Virus record (IMG/VR): IMGVR_UViG_3300013094_000033
Location: 11,019 to 75,018 of that record
DNA from: a virus
Strand: one strand, 5' to 3'
Length of the DNA: 64,000 nt
In this document: positions 48,529-56,497 of the stretch, piece after piece
How the letters are laid out: each line of letters opens with the position of its first letter
How positions within the stretch are numbered: position 1 is the first letter of the stretch
Position numbers and translations under genes: made by a program
The notes under the pieces: model-generated
Told to the model about the DNA's origin: nothing
Database searches by the model: none
What the model saw: the letters and a program-made list of their open reading frames with translations, nothing else

Positions 48529-50238
48529 TTAAAGTGCTGGGCCACCGGCACCAATGGCACCTGCAGCGCCTTGCTCGCCGGGTCCACTTACACCACCAGG
48601 CACTCCGCCACCTTCAACACCTGTGTCAGGTCCCAATGATTCTAAGTCAGATGTAATACCACCCGGGCTAATACCAACACTACGTGGGCTTGGTGCATCA
48701 GGGCTTGCAAGCTCAGTATCGCCGCGTTCTTCTGCCCATGCTTGTTCATTTTCACTGATTTCTTGTTCAGTCATTCCTAAATAACGCTTCATTAACCAAC
48801 GCTTACTAAAATAAGGCATAGGTTCTAGCTGTTGGAATGTAGCTATACGTGCACTATCAATGTCTGCTTGGCGATATTGTGCAAAGTTTTGTGGTTCATT
48901 AAATGTTAAATCAAATAATGATCCGTCAATATTAAAGCCTCTCCAACGCATAAACAGTTTAAATTCACTGTCTAACTTCTCAGCAATCATGCCTTGTAAA
49001 CGTTGGCAGTATTGGTTAAAGCGCCATTCTTGTATAAGAGCTGTACCAACGCGACCATCTGTGTATGCTTGGCTACCGTCATCAGCTGTAGTAGGCAAAT
49101 AACTGCTAGGAATACGCAAACCACGGAATAACTTGTTAGTAAAGAAGCGCAAATCAGTGATTTCACCTAGATTAGCACCACCGGGTAGCACATCTACACT
49201 AGAACCACGTGCATCTGCTGTTACAGGGAAGAAGTAATCTTCATTTGTACTTAATGGATTATAAGTAGCATCCATCATTGATGCATTTTGATTAGTTCCG
49301 CCACTCTGACTTGGTATACGACGTTGATGAATTTCGTTTTTGATACGTTCCACAAACGCCATAGCCAAGTGACTTGGCATGTTACCTACGTCAATTTTGA
49401 AGATACGACGTTCTGGAGCACGTTGCACACGGTAGATAATAATGCTATCTTCTAGCAATTCTTTTTGCTTAAAGACCTTAAAAATGTTCTCTAATACGCT
49501 GTTACCAAAGGGCCAATATACATCTAATCCCTCTGTTAAACTGATGTGTAAAACGTGTTCTGCGTTAATTGCAGCTTCATTTTTAGCGTGGCTAAAGCGT
49601 GAACCACCACCAAATGGGCTTTGTGGCTGTACATAAGCACCACTTGGGCCACCAGTTTGCGGGTGATTCATGTAAGTATCTGTAGTAGCAACCGCAGTAA
49701 CTGTTAGATTTTGGAAATTGGGGTTTAAGTCTTTGATCAAGTACTGCTCAGGCTTTTTACCTTCGCCTTCGTTAACAATAACTTTAGTAACTTTACTCAT
49801 TTCTGTCCACATGAGTTTAAAGTTTTCTGGATCACGAATAAACACTTGATCGCCGTATTTTATTACGTTACGCACAATCTTAAACATGCGTTTGTTAAAT
49901 TCATTAAGCGCAACCCACTGTTGCAGTTGTTCTTTAATAATGTTAACTTCGTTATCGCTAGGGTCTTCTTTAAATTTAATTCTGAAACTTGTGTGATTTT
50001 CTAAGTTCTTTTGGGTACAGAATTCAGCTAAAATGTCTAATGCAGCATTAACTTCTGAGTCCATATCCATTTGTTCGTACTGGTTATAACGCTCAACACG
50101 ATTTGGTTGACCAGTGTAAACTTCAGGTAATTGGCTTTGATAGTTGCGATAAGACGCATCAGGCAAACGCCCAGCACCTAGTGGACTAATGTTACTAGGT
50201 AGATTGTTGGTTTTAAAGTACTTTTTCCAGCCGGCCAT
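48529..50238 (-). CDS. gp20: Portal protein, T4 gp20-like
   Basis: LLEDSIIIYRVQRAPERRIFKIDVGNMP, EDYFFP and LFRGLRIPSS. Confidence 0.95.
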   Translation of the reverse strand: MAGWKKYFKTNNLPSNISPLGAGRLPDASYRNYQSQLPEVYTGQPNRVERYNQYEQMDMDSEVNAALDILAEFCTQKNLENHTSFRIKFKEDPSDNEVNIIKEQLQQWVALNEFNKRMFKIVRNVIKYGDQVFIRDPENFKLMWTEMSKVTKVIVNEGEGKKPEQYLIKDLNPNFQNLTVTAVATTDTYMNHPQTGGPSGAYVQPQSPFGGGSRFSHAKNEAAINAEHVLHISLTEGLDVYWPFGNSVLENIFKVFKQKELLEDSIIIYRVQRAPERRIFKIDVGNMPSHLAMAFVERIKNEIHQRRIPSQSGGTNQNASMMDATYNPLSTNEDYFFPVTADARGSSVDVLPGGANLGEITDLRFFTNKLFRGLRIPSSYLPTTADDGSQAYTDGRVGTALIQEWRFNQYCQRLQGMIAEKLDSEFKLFMRWRGFNIDGSLFDLTFNEPQNFAQYRQADIDSARIATFQQLEPMPYFSKRWLMKRYLGMTEQEISENEQAWAEERGDTELASPDAPSPRSVGISPGGITSDLESLGPDTGVEGGGVPGGVSGPGEQGAAGAIGAGGPAL

Positions 50239-50268
50239 ATTGTTCTCTGTTATGCTATATTTACCGCA

Positions 50269-52677
50269 TTAGGCTTGTGCCCACAAGATCTTTTCCGAAG
50301 TATCTCTATGATCTTTAGTCACTGATAGCATTTGTGCCATTTTATCGTTTAGATCTGTTAAAAGTGCTACAGCCATATCGGACTGAGCAGACTCAGTAAA
50401 TCCAACTTTTTGCGAATTTGGCTTAGCATCTTGTTTTGCGTCTTTTCTAGCTTGTCTATCTTGCTCAATGTGTAAATGTTGCCCACCAGTTGGGTCTTCA
50501 GCATTAGAATGTCTTTCAGCATGATAGCCCGATCCCTTAAGCATTTGATTAATTTCATCTATATGGCTTAAAATATCTTTACTGTTTATATCAGCAGCTT
50601 CGCCTTGTCTATGCAGACTATTTTCGTATTCTGCCCCTTGATGAAATCGATCGTTAAGGGCTGTAATCTTAGCACCAAATTTTTCTGCAATCTGTTCTGC
50701 AATTTTAACCAACGCAGGATCAGCGGCACCACCAGCAGTTGATTCTGCACCTTTATACAATGATTCTTTACCCGGAGTAGGAGTACCTGTAGGAGGTATA
50801 ACATTGCCTGTATTACCTAAACGATTGTTTTCTTGTCTACGTTTGTTTGCTTCTTCAAGTTCTGCTTGTCTAGCGGCCCTGGCTTTTGCAATTTCTATTT
50901 GTTCTAGTTTTGCAATTTCGGCCGGATCTGCTCCGTTTTCTCTAGCACTTGCTACTGCTTCTGCAGCTTGATTAGCGTCTGCACGTCGTTCGCTTACTGG
51001 AGCTGATGTGCCATATCCCGCTTCGCCTAATAGTTTATTAATAAGACCAGCAAATTTATCAACAGCATTTGAAAATATAGGTGTAGCAGAACCAAATTTT
51101 TCAATTAACACTTCATTAATTTTGTTTAACTTAGTTGCAATTGAGGCCATGTCGCCAAGACTTTTTATAGTAGTTTCATCGCCTGTTATTTTTAATTGAT
51201 TAAGTCCCTCAATTGCACCTGCTATCTTAGGTATATCAGGACTAACTCCTGCGGCCTTTTGACGATCGTAAAAATCTTTTACTGCTTCAACTGTATCAGC
51301 AGTTTTAGATGTACCTTTTAAAAGTCCCACTAACACTTCGTTTGCGTGTTTGACATATTCGTTGTCAGTATTTTGATTATACTGTGCAACACCTGCCATT
51401 TGTTGTCTTTCACGTTCTCTAGCCGCAGTTTGATAATTTTGCAAATCATCTGCTTGTTTTTTAATTAATTCCTCAGTGGTACCTTTCCACGTTTTGGTAT
51501 AATCTAGTATGTGTTTAACTAATTCTGCTGTTGCACCAAACTGTGCTTGAGTAAACTGGTTATTGGTATTAATGATCTGACCGTTGCGCTGTATATATTC
51601 TGTGCCAAACTTGTCAAATGCTGGACCAAGTCTATCAGCAATTAAACTTAAAGTTTGATCTACTAGCGGTGCTGTTTCGCCAATTTCTTTTTTAGCTAAA
51701 ATATACCCAGCTTGTTCTTCACGTGCTTCTTGTTCTTTTTTAATAGAATCAAGATTTTTTCCAGTTAATTCAGTTAATGCTTTTTGTGCATACAAGTAAT
51801 CCAGTGCACCTTTTTTAAGTTGCTCTTGATTTTTTATTACATCAATGCCAGCATTGGCTTGTCTGGCTGCATATTCCGCAAGTGCTGAATCAAATTCTGC
51901 AACACCACCGTACATCACCAATAACTGTTGATCGGTTTTTCTTAGATCTGCGCCCCACTTGCCAACAAAGTTAGCTGACGTAACCATACTACCCGAGAAC
52001 TTACTAAGGCTATCCGCAGAATCTGTTACAAATTTTGAAAAATAATCTAATCCTAAGTTTGATTTAACTGCTGCTTGTCGCATTAACTCTAGGCTACCAC
52101 CAAATGACAAACCTGTTTTACTCATTGAGTTATAAGTATTCAACATTTTTTGTGCATTTTGCAATTGCATTTCCATTACTTTAGTAGTAATGTCGATTGT
52201 TAATCCTAATGCTTTATCAGCAGCCGAGAATATTCCACCTATAAAAGGTATCCCAGTAAAGGCCGTTGCCACTACATCAGTGACTGCCTTAATGGTATTG
52301 CCCATTAGTGTTAGTGTTGGCGCAACACTTGCAAATACTTCTGATGAATTATATGCTGAGTTAGCAGAGCCAATGGCACCTTCAGCAAAATTCTTTAATC
52401 CGCCAATGGATTTTTCCACTGCATCAGCAACTGCTTTATTACGCTGTTCTTCTTTTTTACCTAATTCTTCTTCTAGTTTAATCTGTTCAGCAAGTTGCTC
52501 TGCTTGTTGAATGTTAACACCTTTTAGCTTTGCTATACTTTTAATATGAGCTTCTTCTTCTAATCGTCTTCGGGTAGCAGATTTAGACAGTGATGCAAAA
52601 TCGCTGTTTACAGACGAGATAGCAGACATGAGTTTGGTTAACTCGTCTGCTGTCATTGATGATGGGTCTAATGCCAT
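50269..52677 (-). CDS. Tape-measure-like protein with C-terminal M15-like Zn peptidase domain
   Basis: Long Ala/Lys/Glu helical protein with a hydrophobic IPFIGGIF segment; SLHRQGEAADI (H-x6-D) and HLHIE (H-x-H). Confidence 0.65.
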   Translation of the reverse strand: MALDPSSMTADELTKLMSAISSVNSDFASLSKSATRRRLEEEAHIKSIAKLKGVNIQQAEQLAEQIKLEEELGKKEEQRNKAVADAVEKSIGGLKNFAEGAIGSANSAYNSSEVFASVAPTLTLMGNTIKAVTDVVATAFTGIPFIGGIFSAADKALGLTIDITTKVMEMQLQNAQKMLNTYNSMSKTGLSFGGSLELMRQAAVKSNLGLDYFSKFVTDSADSLSKFSGSMVTSANFVGKWGADLRKTDQQLLVMYGGVAEFDSALAEYAARQANAGIDVIKNQEQLKKGALDYLYAQKALTELTGKNLDSIKKEQEAREEQAGYILAKKEIGETAPLVDQTLSLIADRLGPAFDKFGTEYIQRNGQIINTNNQFTQAQFGATAELVKHILDYTKTWKGTTEELIKKQADDLQNYQTAARERERQQMAGVAQYNQNTDNEYVKHANEVLVGLLKGTSKTADTVEAVKDFYDRQKAAGVSPDIPKIAGAIEGLNQLKITGDETTIKSLGDMASIATKLNKINEVLIEKFGSATPIFSNAVDKFAGLINKLLGEAGYGTSAPVSERRADANQAAEAVASARENGADPAEIAKLEQIEIAKARAARQAELEEANKRRQENNRLGNTGNVIPPTGTPTPGKESLYKGAESTAGGAADPALVKIAEQIAEKFGAKITALNDRFHQGAEYENSLHRQGEAADINSKDILSHIDEINQMLKGSGYHAERHSNAEDPTGGQHLHIEQDRQARKDAKQDAKPNSQKVGFTESAQSDMAVALLTDLNDKMAQMLSVTKDHRDTSEKILWAQA

Positions 52678-52705
52678 ATTTAATATACTCAGTTAATAGT
52701 ACAAG

Positions 52706-52729
52706 ATAAGTACTTATATCAAATATTTA
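52706..52729. promoter_or_regulatory. Divergent late-type promoters on a 12-bp palindrome
   Basis: ATAAGTACTTAT (52706-52717) gives TAAGTA on both strands; TAAATA on the minus strand at 52729-52724. Confidence 0.45.
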
Positions 52730-52742
52730 TGGAGATAAAAAC

Positions 52743-53591
52743 ATGTCAAATTCAGTCGCAAATCCTTTGGCTAAACATTTTAGACAACCTGCATTGTATT
52801 TAAAATTGCCCAGTAATGGCCGTTGGTACCCCGAGGGTACATTGGATTTGCCAGTCACAGGCGAAATTCCAGTGTACCCAATGACTGCAAAAGATGAAAT
52901 AATGTTTAAAACACCAGATGCATTAATGAATGGTACCAGTACTATGGAAGTTATACAAAGTTGCTGTCCAAGTATTAAGAATGCCTGGAAAATGCCAGCA
53001 ATTGATATTGATCCAGTACTGATTGCTATTAGACTTGCTACGTACGGAAAAGAAATGGATTTTACCAGCGTGTGTCCACATTGTGGTACTAAGAATGAAA
53101 AAGCATTAGATTTAACATTCATGCTTGATAAAATTACACCAGCTGATTGGGGTACACCTGTAGAAGTTGACGGATTACAAATTATCTTAAAGCCACAAAC
53201 CTACGAAGATTTTAACAAAAACAGTATTATTAACTTTGAAGAACAACGCATTATGCAGTTAGTTCAAAGTGACGAAATGTCTGCAGATGAAAAGACTGAA
53301 CGTTTTAACGATATGTTTAAACGGTTAATCGAAACTGGTGTTAACCAAGTAAGCAAAAGCATTGCGGGTATTAAAATCGAAGATGGGTCAGTGGTTGATA
53401 ATCCAGATTTTATCAAAGAATTCTTAGAAAACTGCGAACGTCATGTTTGGGAATCTATCAAAGAGAAACTAGATGAGATCAAACGTGTTAACAGCGGATA
53501 CAACAATATAGACATGACCTGCGAAAATGAAGAATGTGCAAAAATATTCACAACACCATTTGTATTTGAACAGTCAAGTTTTTTCGCATAA
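52743..53591 (+). CDS. gp26: Baseplate hub/tail assembly chaperone, T4 gp26-like
   Basis: YLKLPSNG, PMTAKDE, LIAIRLATYG, CPHC and a second C..C pair; SD GGAG. Confidence 0.75.
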   Translation: MSNSVANPLAKHFRQPALYLKLPSNGRWYPEGTLDLPVTGEIPVYPMTAKDEIMFKTPDALMNGTSTMEVIQSCCPSIKNAWKMPAIDIDPVLIAIRLATYGKEMDFTSVCPHCGTKNEKALDLTFMLDKITPADWGTPVEVDGLQIILKPQTYEDFNKNSIINFEEQRIMQLVQSDEMSADEKTERFNDMFKRLIETGVNQVSKSIAGIKIEDGSVVDNPDFIKEFLENCERHVWESIKEKLDEIKRVNSGYNNIDMTCENEECAKIFTTPFVFEQSSFFA

Positions 53592-53596
53592 GGCTT

Positions 53597-53815
53597 TTGA
53601 CATTAAACAATGAAGAGATTGTCGAACTACTTGAATCATTCGACAGAGACTCAAAAGCCCTTAAAAAAGATCTCTTATCTATGTGTTGGTATATGAGAGG
53701 TAGTATATCTTATGATGATGCTGTAATGCTCTGTTACGAAGATCGAAGAATTATAAGCAAGATTATTAAAGATAACTTAGAAACAACAGAGAAGTCAGGT
53801 TTGCCATTCTTTTAA
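53597..53815 (+). CDS. gp51-like small hub assembly protein, possibly expressed by -1 frameshift from gp26
   Basis: CWYMRG.ISY.D....EDRRII pattern; no ATG with a strong SD; -1 frame open from the slippery TTTTTTC at 53579-53585. Confidence 0.65.
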   Translation: MTLNNEEIVELLESFDRDSKALKKDLLSMCWYMRGSISYDDAVMLCYEDRRIISKIIKDNLETTEKSGLPFF

Positions 53816-54245
53816 GATCTCTAACGAGATCTGTTGTTTCACTTCGTTCACAACATTATTTTTAATAAGAAGCGAAGCGATTAATGTTTCATCCAGATTG
53901 TTTGGTCACACTTTGCCCGCACAGGGCAAAGAGAGCTTCATCCGAGTTACCTCAGTCACTTAGCGTTACAGCATTACAGAGGCGGTTGTCCGGTACCTCG
54001 AGCTGTGTCTTTACACAACGGCGGGTTTATATCTATACGCTAACATACATATAAACCGTGTGCTATCACTAGCACGTCATTTTAGCTTTATATTTCTTTT
54101 CAAACAATCAAACCGTAGCATTTTACGATCTTCGTCCTGTCAAGGATAGTGATTGAGTACTCTTTACAGCGAAGAGATTTCCATCCCTGTGATCCGGGAT
54201 CCAGGTATAGGGCACACGAACTTAGCCTGTGCTAGCATTACTGTT
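53815..54245 (-). ncRNA. Putative large structured non-coding RNA of unknown class
   Basis: ORF-free; at least ten hairpins; GNRA loops (GUGA, GUAA) read on the minus strand; 7-bp pseudoknot; locally GC-rich. Confidence 0.7.
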
Positions 54246-54257
54246 GATTTATTTGCC

Positions 54258-54695
54258 TTAATAAAGTTTAAAAAGATTTTGGTAGTGTAAATGGAATTGT
54301 ATAAAGTCTTTGTCAAATAAATCTATAGTAATTGTGCCGTTTTTATCCCAGAAGGTAGTGTTTATTAAGTTTTTGTCGCAGTCAGTTTTATACGAACATA
54401 AATGGAACAGTCGATCTGTATCCCAATCTATGCCACCAAACTTGAACTGCTTGAGTTGTACATATTTATTTTCTGTAATCTTATTGTCATATATTTTTGT
54501 ATCTGTGCCATAATTTTTGTTTGAAAGTGTTAAAGTTAATGTATTTGGTAGTGTAATTTCGGTTTTAATTGTAAGTTGGTCTTTGTTATTATCTTTAAAT
54601 GTGCCTAAAAATTGATTTCTTGATTTAATTTCAACATCCATTGTGCCATTGCAATAGCCAAATTCTAAAACAAATTCTAGTTTAGTTGTTTTCAT
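54258..54695 (-). CDS. Hypothetical protein coupled to the B12-radical SAM gene; start 54695
   Basis: ATGA overlap with the stop of the upstream gene; beta-rich, 145 aa. Confidence 0.65.
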   Translation of the reverse strand: MKTTKLEFVLEFGYCNGTMDVEIKSRNQFLGTFKDNNKDQLTIKTEITLPNTLTLTLSNKNYGTDTKIYDNKITENKYVQLKQFKFGGIDWDTDRLFHLCSYKTDCDKNLINTTFWDKNGTITIDLFDKDFIQFHLHYQNLFKLY

Positions 54696-56068
54696 ACTAC
54701 TGTAAATCCACATTCAACAGAACATATTTGTTTTAATTCTTGATAGTACTGTTGTCGTTGCTCATATGAGATGTTTAAATTTTGATTAACCCACTCTACT
54801 CTATCTTTTTTAGTGTGAATAGGAGTAAGCATCATGTTTTTTCCGCCTTGCTCTAGTTTAGTACCGGGCAAAACATCTAACGGGGATAAAAATACTTCTA
54901 TCACGCTGTTGTTAGCATACTGCCAGCGATCCCTGAACCATTGCTTGGTAAATTCGTAATCTTCTAGTGTTTCTGTTGGGTACGCTACAATTAACAATAA
55001 AGTCTGTGTAATTCCGTATTTTTGTCCCATTGCCAAATGATAATCAATATCATCGTTGTTAAACGATTTACCTAGATCATTTCTCACATGTTGTATAACA
55101 CTTTCTACACCCATGAATATTCTAGCATTAGTTGCCTGCAACTGTTGCCAAATTAATTCAGGATGTTGGCTAGCAGGTCTTACAATAAAAGATCCTTCCC
55201 AGCTGATCTGTTCACTTCTATACTTTCCTCGGTTGTATTCTGTCATCAACGACAGTAATTTTTTAAATTCTTTGAGATTGCCATTGGAAATACTGCTTCT
55301 AAAGTCAAAATGCAATATGTCGTGCTTTTCGTATTGGTGCATCATTTGCTCAAATATTTTATCAGCAGTCATTGACTGATACTTTTTCCAAAATGCAACA
55401 ACATCACAAAATTCACAGTCTCTTACACACCCTTTACTATCCATAATGGGAATAGTAGGTTCCTTGTACCAGAACCAGTTATAATCACTGTAGTCGGGTG
55501 CAGGCAAACTGTTTAGATCTGTAACAGGAATCCAGTTTTCAGAGTTAATGCCAGGGTATGTTAAATTGCCTTTAACGTATTCCACAAAGGCTTGTTCGCC
55601 GTCACCGATAATGTAGTCGTCAATTAATCCTAATTCTAGCAAACGATCCCTGTATGTTATATCTGTTACGTTAGTTTTAAGTCCCGGGCCGCCAACTACT
55701 ATACGAGCACTGGCATTTCTATGTCTAATCGCAGCACATAGCCATGCTGTAAACACCTGACAATCAAAACAAAACAAACTAAGTGCTATTATACTGGGAT
55801 TGTAGGCTAATATGCGATCAGCACAGTACTCGATTATTCTTCCCACGTCCTCAACAATCAAGTCATCGACTTTTTGTTTGTAGAAAAATTTAAGTATTTT
55901 ATCTTTATGAAAGTGCCCGGAAACTTTTGTAACAACTTCAGCATTCAAATCTAATGTAGTACTGTTGATGCCATGTTGAGCTAAGGCTGCTTTTAACACA
56001 GCTGGAGCTGCCATTGGTCGATTAACATCAACATAAGGCACCGAAGCAATAACTATAGTTTCCTGCAT
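54692..56068 (-). CDS. Cobalamin-binding radical SAM protein (class B methyltransferase-like)
   Basis: N-terminal B12-binding-like domain (APAVLKAAL..DLN..IVVGGP..GDGE); SKGCVRDCEFC; GVES; YPTETLED. Confidence 0.88.
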   Translation of the reverse strand: MQETIVIASVPYVDVNRPMAAPAVLKAALAQHGINSTTLDLNAEVVTKVSGHFHKDKILKFFYKQKVDDLIVEDVGRIIEYCADRILAYNPSIIALSLFCFDCQVFTAWLCAAIRHRNASARIVVGGPGLKTNVTDITYRDRLLELGLIDDYIIGDGEQAFVEYVKGNLTYPGINSENWIPVTDLNSLPAPDYSDYNWFWYKEPTIPIMDSKGCVRDCEFCDVVAFWKKYQSMTADKIFEQMMHQYEKHDILHFDFRSSISNGNLKEFKKLLSLMTEYNRGKYRSEQISWEGSFIVRPASQHPELIWQQLQATNARIFMGVESVIQHVRNDLGKSFNNDDIDYHLAMGQKYGITQTLLLIVAYPTETLEDYEFTKQWFRDRWQYANNSVIEVFLSPLDVLPGTKLEQGGKNMMLTPIHTKKDRVEWVNQNLNISYEQRQQYYQELKQICSVECGFTVV

Positions 56069-56497
56069 TTAAATTTTGTTTATAATGTGTGATCCGTGTA
56101 CTCTGACACTAATCTGTCCGTTGTAATAATCTGTTGATTCTAAAACTCGGTATCGAAATTGTTCTCTGGCTTCTATGTAACTGCACTCAGCTTTTGATTT
56201 ACATAAAAATAAAATTTCTCTTTGAAATTTATCGCGCCCCAGTGTTTCAACATCCTTGTTTAGTTCTATGTTTGAGCCATAATATGTTTGCCAGTCGCTG
56301 TCTATTTTGCTTCTAATCTTCTTTTTCTTTTTAGTGCCGTTTTTGAGTTTTACTGTTTTGTATGTTGTTTTTGAAAATTTAGCTAGTTTTTTTCCAATAT
56401 ACTTTCGACCAGTGACTAAATTTGTTATCAAGTAAACAAATCCAACACAGTCGTCGGGTAGCGATTCTATTAAGGTGTTTTCGTAAAGCCAGCTCAT
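56069..56497 (-). CDS. Stand-alone GIY-YIG nuclease-like protein (no separate C-terminal DNA-binding domain)
   Basis: GFVYLITN..KYIGKK, YYGS, F.REIL..E..YYN; Lys-rich insert KLKNGTKKKKKIRSK. Confidence 0.85.
   Translation of the reverse strand: MSWLYENTLIESLPDDCVGFVYLITNLVTGRKYIGKKLAKFSKTTYKTVKLKNGTKKKKKIRSKIDSDWQTYYGSNIELNKDVETLGRDKFQREILFLCKSKAECSYIEAREQFRYRVLESTDYYNGQISVRVHGSHIINKI

Noticed and set aside
7443-50238. Inteins or introns in terminase, portal or capsid genes
   Set aside because: Lengths are ordinary, motifs are contiguous, and no intein splice-junction motifs or frame breaks are visible.
53815-54245. tmRNA, RNase P RNA, group I/II intron or hammerhead identity for the structured element
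   Set aside because: It lacks tRNA-like GGGG...CCA ends, the RNase P GAGGAAAGUCC motif, a group II domain V and the CUGAUGA/GAAA core, and it does not interrupt a gene. An Rfam scan is still needed.
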